Positions 10,459 through 22,448 of a DNA stretch of 64,000 bases are shown piece after piece. The first letter of the stretch is position 1. Each line of letters opens with the position of its first letter. The notes under the pieces were generated by a model, which was given only the letters and a program-made list of their open reading frames with translations, made no database searches and was not told the DNA's origin. The DNA is taken from the NCBI GenBank assembly GCA_964019335.1, contig OZ025652.1, positions 124,001 to 188,000 of the forward strand, in the 5' to 3' direction. The stretch is from Diplonema japonicum. Lineage: Eukaryota; Protista; Euglenozoa: Diplonemea. The translations under genes and the position numbers were made by a program.

Positions 10459-11106
10459 TCACTGCCTTGGTAACTTGGGCGGGCCCTCGATGACATGGTC
10501 ACGCCACCCAGGCCAGAGCTCCATCATCTTGTCCTGAGGATGGAGCAGCTGCCGTGGGCTGCTTATAGGTACAGCAACCATGCCACCTGTCGAACCGTCT
10601 GGGTATGGGGAATCAACGTACAGTTTTCTGCCACCACGGGGTATGTACCCCCCAGACCTATGCCAATCTTCAAGCATTTCGCGTCTTAGTGCTTTGTTGC
10701 TGGGCTCTCGGGAGTGACGATGTCTGTGTTCGCACTCCCGCTGATCCCTCAGTCTGGGGGAGCTGCTGTACGTCCTCTGGTGCCACACCCAGTCCTGTGT
10801 CTTTGCTGTCCTTTCAAGTTCTTCCCGTTGCTTCACACTAAGGAAGCCTACACCACGTCCATCCGCATGTCGCAAAGACAGTTGCTGCTTGCCCACGGTG
10901 TACGGGTCTTCTCTCCCGTCTGCACGCTCTATCTCCTCTTCCCACCCCGCGTTATTGGACCCTGCAACAAACCACGTATCAATCACAGCACCGTCGTCAT
11001 GGTCGGCCCAACCGCCTGCCCTCCCACGGTCATTCTTCTGCACCGTTCGATAACGTCTCTCAGACTGCGGTGTTCCCAAAGGGTCCTCGTAGTACCGATT
11101 GCTCAT
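10459..11106 (-). CDS. Hypothetical protein, 215 aa
   Basis: ATG-started ORF on the coding strand filling the gap between genes; no motif recognised. Confidence 0.65.
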   Translation of the reverse strand: MSNRYYEDPLGTPQSERRYRTVQKNDRGRAGGWADHDDGAVIDTWFVAGSNNAGWEEEIERADGREDPYTVGKQQLSLRHADGRGVGFLSVKQREELERTAKTQDWVWHQRTYSSSPRLRDQRECEHRHRHSREPSNKALRREMLEDWHRSGGYIPRGGRKLYVDSPYPDGSTGGMVAVPISSPRQLLHPQDKMMELWPGWRDHVIEGPPKLPRQ

Positions 11107-11263
11107 AGCCCCCCAACTGGAAAGATGTTAAAAGAACGGTGCATGGGGAACATGAAACTAATGGGAGAAATAAACAACAAATTTGGAAAATTGACATATT
11201 CCGCATCATTTTCCCATGTCTGCATTTTGAAAGGCAAGTCACTTGTGTAGCTTCCCGACAACG

Positions 11264-12745
11264 TTAGTTCAGCTGGCATGGTGAAGGGCACCACATGGGA
11301 GAAAACCGTTTCTTGTGAACGGACTTTGAAGAAGGAGTGAAGAGATCTTTAAAGGCCTCAAAGAGTGTGGAGGTAAGGATGTCACGGGCAGCACGATCGC
11401 CCTCGGCGATGGCACCGTGCAGGTTACCGTAGAAGTGGGGCGTAGTGTACTCACCGATAAAATGCATCCTGTGGGAGTTGGTAGACCGTGCAGCCTCCAA
11501 GTTGTCGTCGCCTGAAGCAAGGGGTGGCCAGTAGCTGAAGCCGCACCCGACTAGAGGATCATTTACAAAGTTTGCGGTTTTTACATCAACTGGCATTGGT
11601 ATGTCTTTGCCGTAAATGTCCCGCAGGTGGTCCATCACAGCCTCCACACGCTGGGTGTGGTTGTACTCCAACCCCATAACCACAGCGTGGTCTACGTCCA
11701 CCTCCAGCACCAGCACCTTGCTGCCCGGCTTGAAGTAGTTCATGTTGATGAACTCGATGTGGTTGCCCCCACCGTAGACTGTGCGGTTCGTCCTGCCAAG
11801 CTTCCCAATAAACTGCACGTCGTTGTCCCAGAAGACCTTGTCGAACTTCAATGCCATCTTCAGAGCGGCGCTGCAACCCAGCCTGTGCACCGACCGCCTC
11901 TTCCACGTCGGCAGCTGCGGGATGAACTTAACAGACCCCTTCTGCATGACACCAAGCGGTAGTGCGACAACCATCTGAGTGGCTGAGAACGACTTCCCGT
12001 CTTCGCACACAGCTGTCATCACGGCGCCCGACGTAACCACTTCCACCACTTTGCACCCTACCTTGATGTTGAGGTCCTGGCTCAAGGCTGTTATCAAAGA
12101 GCCCATCCCGTCCTTCAGGATGTAGTCGTGGCCTTGGTAGGCAAACGATGCGTCGAACTCAATGGTGCTGAGGTCGTCGAGGCTGGCGATCTGGTCCTGC
12201 ACGATCTCCCAGAAGAAGTGCCAGGACAATGCCTCTTCTTCATCAGGGGCGACGGTGACGTCGATGGAGTCCCATGCACGCTGGAAGGCGGTCTGCAGTG
12301 GGATGTCCTTGTAGAGACGGTCCCTGTTGGCCATGACTTTGGCGCGGAGGTCTCGATAGATAGCCTTGGCGGCGGAGAGGCTAGCAGGGGAGATGGGTGA
12401 GCCTGAGGGGGAGTAAACCTTCATTTTGCTGTAGTCGGCCTTGATGATGGGGAGGTTGTAGTGAGCGGCAAGGGAGGTGAGGGGGTTGTTCTCCACACCG
12501 TGGATGAAGGTCGCGCCAACGTCGATGGTAACCCCCCAGTCGGTATTTGTCCACACCCTTCCCCCTACATGATCTCTGGCCTCAAGAACCACGACATCGT
12601 ACCCCGAATCGTAAAGCCTGCGAGCGGCAGTAAGCCCTGCCAACCCACCCCCTATTACCACCACTTTCTTCTCACCCATCCCTATCACGACCCTCAAGGA
12701 CACAGCCACAATAGCCGTTAGTATTGCAAGTACCCATTTCCACAT
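11264..12745 (-). CDS. Flavin-dependent amine oxidase (polyamine oxidase/LSD1-like) with N-terminal signal or anchor
   Basis: VIGGGLAGLTAA, LEARDHVGGRV, DVGATFIHG, FIGEYT...GNLHGAIAEGDRAA. Confidence 0.92.
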   Translation of the reverse strand: MWKWVLAILTAIVAVSLRVVIGMGEKKVVVIGGGLAGLTAARRLYDSGYDVVVLEARDHVGGRVWTNTDWGVTIDVGATFIHGVENNPLTSLAAHYNLPIIKADYSKMKVYSPSGSPISPASLSAAKAIYRDLRAKVMANRDRLYKDIPLQTAFQRAWDSIDVTVAPDEEEALSWHFFWEIVQDQIASLDDLSTIEFDASFAYQGHDYILKDGMGSLITALSQDLNIKVGCKVVEVVTSGAVMTAVCEDGKSFSATQMVVALPLGVMQKGSVKFIPQLPTWKRRSVHRLGCSAALKMALKFDKVFWDNDVQFIGKLGRTNRTVYGGGNHIEFINMNYFKPGSKVLVLEVDVDHAVVMGLEYNHTQRVEAVMDHLRDIYGKDIPMPVDVKTANFVNDPLVGCGFSYWPPLASGDDNLEAARSTNSHRMHFIGEYTTPHFYGNLHGAIAEGDRAARDILTSTLFEAFKDLFTPSSKSVHKKRFSPMWCPSPCQLN

Positions 12746-13110
12746 CTTTCTTTTTTATCTTTTGTCGTCACCTTCTATGCAGGTTGAGGCCAAAAGGTCG
12801 AACAGGGGGAAAATAAAAATGGCTTTGATAATATTCAAGGTACCTGTCGTGCGACAGCATCTAAACAAACGGGTTTTTCTCAACCCTCTCGTCGACTTTT
12901 TTCCCTTTTTTTTCTTTTTTTTTTTTCTTCTAAAAGGAAGTGGCAAGGGGGAAGCTGCCCGTGCTACGTGGCGTGTCACTCTTCTTTTTGTTTGTTTGTC
13001 TTTTTTTCTTTCTTTCTTTCTTTTTTTAATGCGTTTCTTTCTTATACACCTTTAAAAAAAAAACACTTGTGTAAATCTATATGGTCAATTTCACCCTCCC
13101 ACTTATTACA

Positions 13111-13800
13111 TTACATTACAGCGCAGTTGCAGGTACGATCAGACTTCCTAATCGGGGGTTCTTCAGCCCAGTGTTTTTCATCCTCGTCCTCTTCGTCGGG
13201 GTTCGTTATTTGCTTTTCGGGGATGTCACTGCGCTCTGCTACATAACTTATATAAATGTAAAAGAAGATATCGTAGGTGCGCATGAAGAGAGCCTGCAAA
13301 GGAATGGAACTGATAAGAGAGAAGCAGATGAGGTTCAAGGGGACCTTTGTGGCCCATGTGACGAGCTGTACTTCAAGAAGGTTGTAACACAGTTTGTCCC
13401 AACCTTTCTTGAAAGACCCTGTTTTGCCCCATTCATTGAAAAGCAAGATGCCGCCGTGGGCTATGGGAGAGAATACAAACTGGTTGATTAGAACTTTTCC
13501 CGCAGCAGTTTTCAAACCTGCCCCGGGGAAAACCAAGCTGATAAACTTGAACCTCCCGAAAGTTGTCGTCCCACCCCAGATCATCCCCACGGTGCCAAAC
13601 CTCATTGTTCTGATAATGTCGCATTTTTTCGGTTCCAGCCCCTTCTCCACATCCCATTTCGCTTCCACCTTTTGTGCCAGCTGATCACTTATTACGTACG
13701 TTACCCCGTTTATCAAGCACGTCCACATCAGTCCTTCCAAAGTGCCCACCTCGAACAGTGCCAGCCGTGCATGGTGGTGGTGGTGGAGGTGAACGTGCAT
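13111..13800 (-). CDS. Mpv17/PMP22 family membrane protein
   Basis: SDQLAQ, DIIRTMRF, KVLINQFVFSP, W.P..LICF. Confidence 0.85.
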   Translation of the reverse strand: MHVHLHHHHHARLALFEVGTLEGLMWTCLINGVTYVISDQLAQKVEAKWDVEKGLEPKKCDIIRTMRFGTVGMIWGGTTTFGRFKFISLVFPGAGLKTAAGKVLINQFVFSPIAHGGILLFNEWGKTGSFKKGWDKLCYNLLEVQLVTWATKVPLNLICFSLISSIPLQALFMRTYDIFFYIYISYVAERSDIPEKQITNPDEEDEDEKHWAEEPPIRKSDRTCNCAVM

Positions 13801-14256
13801 TTCTTCTTCTTCCGTGCCCGCTTGCAGCGGGGGTTGTATTTAAATGTGTAACCTTTTTTTTTGTTTTTGTTTTTTTTGCTGAGGGTTGGAACAATAAAAA
13901 AAAGAATTCTGGCCAACTTTACAAAACAAAACGTAAAAGGGGGGGTATTAAAAAGCATGCTGTAAATAAGAGAAAAAAAGAAATTACAAACGGACACAAA
14001 ATAAATCCCAGGGGAAGGATCTAACCCTGATGGGGGAAACAAAACGCGAAGGGCGCTGGTGGGGGGAGGACTGTCCGTTCGGTGTCATTTTCTTTTTTAT
14101 ATTTTACAGTAAATTAAAAAAAAAAAAACCAGAAAGGGTGGGGTGGAGGGTGGTGGATAGAATAAGGGGGAGTGCGAAGAAGAAGGGAAGGAAAAAAAAA
14201 AGAACACTTGAGTCTTCTTTCTTTTTTTGTTTTATTTTTTCTTTTATATTTTGTTG

Positions 14257-14316
14257 TTACAGTATGGTGCACTTGGATTTCTTCTTCTTTTTTCTAGCAG
14301 GCTGGGTTGGCGGGAG

Positions 14317-14348
<32 letters not shown>

Positions 14349-15020
14349 ACCCCTCATTCCCCGTCATACCTTGCGAAGGCTGGGGAGGGATGCTTCCCAC
14401 CCGGCTCGGCTTTCTCTGCGGCTGGGTCTGAGTTGCGTTCTCCTTCCTCACCTGGGCTTTCTTCACCAATCTGATAAGCTCGTGAAATGCAGTTTCAACA
14501 TTCTCCCGCGTTTTTGCTGAAGTTTCGAAGAAACCGCATTTCCATTCTTTTGAAGCTTCAGCCCCGTCCCGGGTCTCAACTTGCCTGTCGTACGAGCCCA
14601 CAAGATCTATTTTATTCCCTACCACCACTATCGGCACCTTGCATCCATCAGGGCTGTAAGAAAGGTTGAAAAGAAAGCCGCATACCATCCTGCTGGACGC
14701 AGGTCCTCTCGGGAAGCGATCAGCTTCTGATGTATCTCCTCCACTGCCGCGAAACTGTTGCCATCCAACACGTTGTACACCAGTAAAAACCCATCACCTT
14801 TGTCGTAATACATTTTCATGAACGCACCGTACTCTTCCTGCCCCGCAGTGTCCAAAATGGACAATTGGCATGCATTCCCGTCGACCTCTGCAGTCTTTCG
14901 ATACGAGTCCTCCACCGTGCTGTCGTATATCTCCGCAAAGTTCCCTTGTACAAATTGTATAGTGAGGGCACTCTTTCCTGTTTGGCCCGCTCCTAGCACC
15001 ACGAGCCGTATGTCAGCCAT
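14257..15020 (-). CDS. Ras/Rap-family small GTPase, 227 aa; introns 14654..14685 (32 nt) and 14322..14369 (48 nt)
   Basis: GAGQTGKS, YDSTVEDSY, DTAGQEEY, VGNKID, ETSAK. The second intron restores a polybasic CaaX tail PARKKKKKSKCTIL*. Confidence 0.92.
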
Positions 15021-15711
15021 GATGCAGGTGTACCTTCTTTTAAAAAAAAAGAAATAACGAGGGAAACAAATCAAGAAAAAAAAAGGTGTAGGGGTGGGGA
15101 AAGCGAGTTTGGGATACAAGGGCCGATGGGTCTTTTTTTTTTTTTTTTTTTTTTAAACCTCGTTCACACGGCTCCGAGAACGATACCGGTTTCTTCCTCT
15201 CTTTTTTTTCGCCCCTAGTGACTCATGAATGAAGTAAAATTAATTCAGGATAGGGGTACTGGTAGTGAACAGAAAAAAGAGGGGGGGGAAAGCACGAGGC
15301 CTGCAGCATCTCGGGAATCTTTTATTTTGTTTCACTTGATTCACTTTCTCCCAATCAACAAAACCCTTGCTCAAAATTATCAAAAAAGAGTCGGCTGATT
15401 GTTTGTGCAAGCCGTTTTCACCTACAGTAGGGATAAACAGACAAGCTGCCTCTACTCTTTTTTGCAATAACAATTCTTTTCAAAAATTTGTTTACTTGTT
15501 CCAGCAAAAAAAAAAAAAAAATGCCACGTCACAAAATAAAACTGCAAAGAAAATAAAAACCTACCCCCCCTGTTTTAAATCGAAAAAAAATAAAATAAAA
15601 CAGAGTTACACTGCCCCTTGAGCGGCTGGGAAAGAATTTAGAAAAAGAAGAAGAAAAAAGAGAACGCAAACAGGAAAAAGACTGCCACTTGAGGACAGCC
15701 TCTAAGAAAGG

Positions 15712-18700
15712 TCAGTGTGCTACCGGTGCAGCTACATCGTCAAGGAACGCATCGACTTTATCTTTGAAGGCATCGTAACCATCCATAAGGGTGCTCACCT
15801 TTGTGTGTGTGTGTTGTGTGTATTGGTACATACCCCCTTATCAAAGCTTTGTTGGTGTCCCTTAGGCTTTTCCTTATTTTCTGCCCTTGCCTTCCCGATT
15901 TCCACAGGGCTCCTCAGCGCGTAATACCTTGTACTGAGGAGAATGAACGCCATTAAGGTATAGTACCGGGCTTTCTCCCGGTCGGCGTCTGTCCCTTGCA
16001 AGGAGTCTTTGGTCACAGCCTGCTGACTCTCTGCGAACGGCACGTACTGTATCCTGTGCACTTTTTGGTAGTTATGGATGTGCTTGAGATCGATATTCAG
16101 GTACAAGTGTAGGATCATGACGCCTGCAAGCGCGTTTGCGGCACTGCTCTTCAGCAAATCGCTGTCGTTGTACTGCTTTGTGGCCTCAAGGATGTAGCTG
16201 TCAGCAGGGATGATTGTCACGTAGCCCGTCCATGCGAGGTCCAACCCGTGTGCTCGTAAGAAGTCTGCAATGATGTTTATCCTGTTGTACTCATAATGCG
16301 CCTTGAGCACAGCTGTCCTGTTCTGCATCTCGCCCACTTTGTACCACATGCGGCTCTCTGTGCCGTCCTCGTGCTTTGTCACCAGGAGGTCACCTTCTTT
16401 TCTTGTCTCTTTCACGGGAACATCGCTGAATGGCTGCAGCACAGTCACCATGCTGTTCGTTGCCGGCACCTTCACATCGCTGAACAGATGCAGCTTGTTG
16501 TCACTGTCCCGGCCACATTTCAGGCTTTTCGCAAACTGTTCCTCAGACAGCAATCTCTGCCGTTCCGCTCTGCATATCTGCGGGTTAATAGGGTCCTTCA
16601 CGGTCGGCAAGGCACTGCTCGCATTCATCACGTGCTTCATCCTCAGAAACGACGGCTTGCTGTCAGGGAACAGCTCGTTCAAGGGTATCCCTTTGTCATC
16701 ATCCAAGTGGCAGATCATAGGCACCACGTGCTGCATGATGACCTGATCCTCGCCTTGCAGCTTGGAAAGGATTAACCTCAGGTCCTTTAATGTCATTCCA
16801 TCCTCCCTTACGAAGAGCATGAGGAGGTAGTGCAGCTCATCCCATAGTTTGGCAGGGTGGCTCTTATGGGAGAAAGGAAGTGGGAACTCTTCGTTGCCGA
16901 CTTCGTACTTCAACAGAGCCGTCGGTACGTTCTTTTTCATTTTGTTCCGAGTTGTAACGCACAGTGCTGCAATGGTAAAGGAGTCAAATGTCACATCAGA
17001 TGTTGTGGTTGAGCTCGCCGTGCCCTTCCTGTAGTGCTTCACCAATTTATGGGCTGGCTCTTCAAGTACCGTACCTGCCTCCTGGTCGGTGGGGATCTTC
17101 TTTGCTGTTTTCATGTCAACCTTCTTAAACGGGTTCCCTTCAGGAATCACATCCACATGTGAGTAGTTCTCAAGTAGCAAGCACCCACCCTCTACATCCC
17201 AAGCAAGCCTCTCATCACCCCCCTCCCTAAAGGTCTCGAGACTGTTGTTCAGCAGCTTTCTTAAATTAGCATTATAACCATCTGTCGGCTTGTTAGCACG
17301 CAGCTGTTGCCGTGCTATGTGGCTCATTACACTGATCACATTGGAGTACGTTATTGTGTACTTCATATCATTTTCGTGTGCGTCGGTGGGCCGCTCACCG
17401 AACAGCAGCAGCACCTTATCGTGAGAGACTGGAATCAGAAAGCGTGCCCCACTCGTGCCAATCTTCATGGGCAGCATATCACCAGGAATGTTGTTGGCCT
17501 CGTCATCAGCATGGTCATAGGGCACTGCCTCGGAGGGGTCAAGCGTGTATGACAGCCGGGTGCCCTCACCGCTACTGAAAGCGTACGCCATGAACACATC
17601 GTTGCCATCGAACTGCGAGTGTTGACCACCGTTTCTCAGAAACCTCATGTCCGGGTCCTCATCGTTGTTGTAGTAGTACTGCGAGGGCAGCACCTGGTGC
17701 ATATCCCAAGGGAAGTCTTCTGTTTTACTCACCTGACGTAGCCTCCCCAGCTCATAACCCTTCATGTAGTACTGCCCATTTTCTTTCCAGGTGTTCTGCA
17801 CAGGCTGGAGGTATACTTCTATGGTCTGTTTGAGGCTGCGTGAAGGCCTCCCTTCGATGATGTCCAGGAGCTCATCAGCAGACGGTCTCATGCAAGGTTC
17901 CAACTGCAGCGCTCTCTTGATGACCTCATAGAATGTTTCATTAATTTTGTTTTCTTTGTATATCTTCTCCAATTCCGCGAGATAATCATAGGGTGTAAGC
18001 GTTTTCACCTCTGTCCCAATGAACATTTCTAGCATGATGACGCCTGCACCGAAGATATCAGCGTACTTGTCGTACACGGCGCCATAGCATGCTGTGCTGT
18101 TGTAGGTGTCGCCTCGTTCGGGAGCGGCGTACTCTCTAGTGTAGCCTGCAGAGGTGCTCACGCCCTCGTCTACCTTGACGCTAACACCGAAGTCGCAGAG
18201 TTTGAGGAGCTCTGCCTCGGAGAACCAAAGCAGATTCTGGGGCTTCATGTCCTTGTGAACATAGCCTTTGCTGTGGAGGTATGACAGCCCTCTCAGCATG
18301 TGGCAGCTGTATGTGACGATCTTGTCCAAAGGGAGAGGCAGGCTGTCGGCATCGGAAAAGATATCATACAGCGAAGCGTCAGCCAGCTCCGTCACGAGGT
18401 ACGTCAAGGGACCGACATCCTTGTTCCTATCGTGAAGGGATAGGATGTTGTCGTGATCCATCTCCTCGAGGATTTGGATTTCATTCTTAAGATTCTCAGA
18501 ATTGCCTATTACCTTCTTCACGGCGACAGGCTTGCCGTGGTACATTCCCACGAACACAGAACCCTGTGTCCCCACCCCAAGAGGGACCTGCGGGAACAGC
18601 TCACATGTCTTCCCCTTGAGGCACTCAACTAAGGTTTCATATTTCCCAGAAGGATGAAGCTTCTTTACCTTTGTGAGGTTCGTCAGCGTCACGTTCTTAA

Positions 18701-18833
18701 CGCCATCCCCCGTAAAGCTCATGAACACCACGTTGCTGTACTTCACCAGCTTCTTCGCCAAGCCTATCGTCACACTGCCATCTCCGAGAGTGACTTCATA
18801 CACACCACATTCGAATACCCCATCCATATCCAT
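15712..18833 (-). CDS. Ser/Thr protein kinase with long uncharacterised C-terminal region (~1028 aa); intron 15799..15833
   Basis: LGVGTQGSV, VAVKK, HKDMKPQN, DFG, YTREYAAPE, DIFGAG. A 35-nt intron adds the last exon VSTLMDGYDAFKDKVDAFLDDVAAPVAH*. Confidence 0.88.
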
Positions 18834-19044
18834 CTGGACCTTCTTGTGGTTTAACGCAGCAGGCTGCATGAGAAAAAAAAACACAAATGAATGTACAGAA
18901 AAGAGCACGAAACACCCTCGTTTCTATGGACACAACAATTAAGAGAAGTAGTATGTCCTAACAGAGAGAAAAAGGAATGAAGATAAAAAGTAACATCAAA
19001 AGGGAAAATCTCCACAGGAAGGGGGAAAAAAAGGGGGGGGTTGC

Positions 19045-20261
19045 CTACCGCTTGACGGCCTTCTTGCCACCCTTACCCTTTTGCAGCTTTGCGCCCGAGC
19101 TTTTGTTTTTCAGCTTGGCCTCTTCAAGCTTTCTCTTGTTTTTTGCTGCCGTGTTCGCCGGGGTGACCTTGAAGAACATGTCAAGTCTGGTCTGCTCCTT
19201 GGCCTGGCGTGCCTTCTTCAATTTTGCAATCCCGGACAAAATGCGTTCCTTGTTGAACTTCTTCTCTTCAACCATGAATTTCAACAGCCCTTCTTCGTCG
19301 GGGTTGCTGAAAACAACTTGCAAGTCCTTTCCGGGGTGCACCTCAGGATCCTTGAAGAGCTTCCTCGCTTCGGCAAATGGGTAAGGCACAGGGAGAGGAT
19401 GCTTTCTGTACAGCGGGTTGCATTTCTTTAAAAAAAAAAAAAGAAAACATACTCAGCGTCAAGGCTTTCGATGAAAGCCTCGATGGTCTTGAACTTGCGA
19501 ATGCCCTGCAAAGCACGGACAGGCCCGATACCGGGGATCCTTGGACAGTAGTCGCACCCAAGGAGAATGCACATGTCTATGAATTGGTCCTGATCCATTT
19601 CTAGGGATTCAAGCACAGCTTGTATGTGAAACTCAAGGATAGGTTGCTTCTTAGCCTCCGAGTATGAAAGGTGACGGAGGAGCACCTTGGCACCAAACGT
19701 AAGAGCGTCCATATCCTCAGTACCTACAGCCCATGCCTTGTTGAACCGTACAAGTTCTGCGCACTGTGCTTCTGCTTCGGTCAAGGCTTCAATGCAAGGA
19801 ATGCCCATGAGGGTGAGGAGCTTTTTGCACTCTGCTGTTTGCTCCTTGGAGACACGTACAGTGCGCTTTGACATCTTTTCGATCAACTCTGCGTCACCCT
19901 CAGTCACAGCGCGTTTTAGTTCAGCCTGTGCTTCCGCGGCCTTGGCTTTTCTTTCGTCTAACTCTTTCCGTTTCATTTCAGGCGGTGCCCCATCGAACAC
20001 ATACACAGGTTTCATACCCTCGCTGAGCATACGTATGGTCCTGCTCCACATGCCCTGAAGGTGTGATGTCACCATCCCCTCCGCGTTGCTTAGCTCCGAC
20101 ACACCGCTCTCGCTAGCCATCTTCATAGCTATCAAGAACTGGTAAATGCTCATACTGGCGTCAATCGCAATCGTTCGGCCAAAGTAGCTCTTGATCTCCG
20201 TCTCCTTGATGCAGCCCGGTGCCTTGTCGGTCAGCAACTTCGTCAATCCTTGGATACCCAT
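19045..20261 (-). CDS. FEN1: Flap endonuclease 1; intron 19406..19452
   Basis: MGIQGLTKL, IDASMSIYQF, SHLQG, EAEAQCA, EDMDALTFG, LLGCDY, PIP box QTRLDMFF. Confidence 0.97.
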
Positions 20262-20679
20262 TTTTTCTTTTTTTTTTTTCTTTCTTTTTGTTTTTTATTC
20301 CTTTTCTTTTCTTCTTAAGCCTGCCTTCGGTACCTTCAATGGGAAGCCAACGAAAAACATCCTGATTGACACCACAGCACCACAGGGTGTAAGCAAGTGG
20401 TGATGTGCACCAAGCAATGCTAGCAGCCTGCTATGAGGCCAAATGGCCAACAGGGTATGAATGAGGAAAAAAATGTAAAAATCGGTTATAATAAAAAAAA
20501 AGGGAGGGAGAAGAAAAAAAAAAAAGTTGTTTCTTTTTTTTTTTCTTTCCTCTCCAACCAAATAAAAATAAAAAAAAAAAACGTTAATTATAGAGGTGGG
20601 GGGAAAAAAAAAAAGGCAGTGAAATCAATCAGGCAATTCTTTTTTTTTTTTTTTTTTTTTTGTCATATGGGGGTCGCAA

Positions 20680-21039
20680 TCACAATTTCTCGCCAGCGAA
20701 ACCTGTGTCAACCTTCTTGAATGAGTCCTGACGCATTTCCCAAGAGTCGAGGTCTGAGCCCTTCTTCTGGCAGGAGAAGCTAATCTCGAAAGCGTCGCCA
20801 CTGCCAGAAAGGCCGGAAGGAGGGGGAAGGTTCCCCGTGCAGGAGAGCTTCAAGCCATCTTTCCCCCCGAGGGTCACGGTCTCCGCGCTCATGTTCAAAG
20901 TAATCTTCTTGTGGTCACTAACAGCACCAAGACCGGCCTTCGAGGCATCGCGTTTGATGAACAAGCAGATTTGGTTTTCCAGGTGCTTCCTGTCACCGTC
21001 GGTGAGGTTCGAGGAGTTGCAGTAAGCGGGAGCAGACAT
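20680..21039 (-). CDS. Hypothetical small protein, 119 aa
   Basis: Clean GC-rich ORF embedded in homopolymer-rich flanks; no family recognised. Confidence 0.7.
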   Translation of the reverse strand: MSAPAYCNSSNLTDGDRKHLENQICLFIKRDASKAGLGAVSDHKKITLNMSAETVTLGGKDGLKLSCTGNLPPPSGLSGSGDAFEISFSCQKKGSDLDSWEMRQDSFKKVDTGFAGEKL

Positions 21040-22448
21040 GTTTCTTTTTTTCTTTCTTTTGTTGTTGCTGAGTTTATAGATTTATTTTTTTGTTCCCTTG
21101 TTTTCTTTTTCTTTTCTAAAAAAAAGGAATTGAAGGGGGGGGGGTAAAAAGAAAGTGAAAAAAGAATAACGAGACGAAATAACAAAAAAAGAAAAAGAAA
21201 AAAGAAAGTATGTCAACCATATAACAGTTTCCTTTTCTTTTTCTTTTTTACCTTTTTGTTTTCTTTCTTACTCCTCTCCCCCCCCCCCTCCCCCACTTCT
21301 TCCGGAAAGAAAGGAATAAAAAAAAAGAGAAAAAAAAGCACACCTCCAAAAAAAAAATGTGAACATAATAATTTCCCCCTCATGCACGGCCAATCAAAAA
21401 TTTGTCTGTTAAATGAGGGAAGGGGTCACGGGGGGTTGGGCGAGGGCAATATTTCTTCTTTTGTTGTGGTAATCTTTATGTACTACCCTATCTTAATACA
21501 AAAGAGGTTATTTCTTGTTACGTACATACCCGAGAACAAGAAAGAAGAAGGGGAGAAAAAAAAAAGAAAAACTAAACTGCTAGGAAATGGCTGGTAGTGA
21601 CATCTTCCTTCTTGTTTTCTTTTTAGTGTGGGTTTGCCACACTCCCCCCCCTTTTTTTTATCATAATCTTTTGGAATATATATCGTTCACACTTTCAGCT
21701 AGCCGGAGCCGAGTACCCTTTTCCTCACACAAAAAAAAAACATAATCACGACTATAAAGTACAAATGGGTACACCCCCCCCCCCCCCCCCCCCGTTCTTC
21801 TTGTGTTATGTCTCGGATGCACTTTTGGTACTACCGGAGTTGGGGAGGGGGAGACGAGGGATAGAAAAAGAAGGGGAAGAAAGAAGAAAAAAAAAAGAAG
21901 AAGAAGATCGGGGGGGGGGGGGGGGGGGTGCGTCACAGGGTCAAACACCTCCCCGCCCCTCAAGGCGATGAGGCATAGAACAAGAAAGCGGAGACCGAAA
22001 ACTGACAGAAACTCCATGCTCTCTTCCTACCCCAAAAAGCCTCAAGGAGGGGGATGTCGTTTTGATGTAGGGGGGCTATTTCTTTTCTTTTTTTCATTCT
22101 TTTTTTGTTTCTTTTTTTTTTCAAGTACTCTGTATTTCCACCCCCTCACACGCACGGGTTTAAAAAAAAGAGGGGGAGAGTACAGCAAATGAGTTTTCTT
22201 CACCCTCTCCCATTTTTCTTTCCCTTCTTTCTCTTTTGCATCACGCTCGGAGCAGTATTCAATTCAATTCAATTCGGAAAAAAAAAAATATATGAGTTAA
22301 AGGAAGTCTTTGTGAGACGCCCCCTTGTTCTCATCTTCTACCTGCACCTATCCCCAAAAAAAGAAGAAGAAAAAAAACAAGAGAAGATACCCTCTTGAAT
22401 TTACAGCAAAAGGCATTCAAAGAAGCAGGAGAAAAAAAAAAGCCCTCT

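Noticed and set aside
13770-13800. His-rich N-terminus on the Mpv17 protein
   Set aside because: Could be a (CAC)n microsatellite in the 5' UTR if the downstream Met is the real start; cannot be resolved from sequence.
20680-20695. C-terminal EKL as a peroxisomal signal
   Set aside because: Glu at -3 does not fit the PTS1 consensus.
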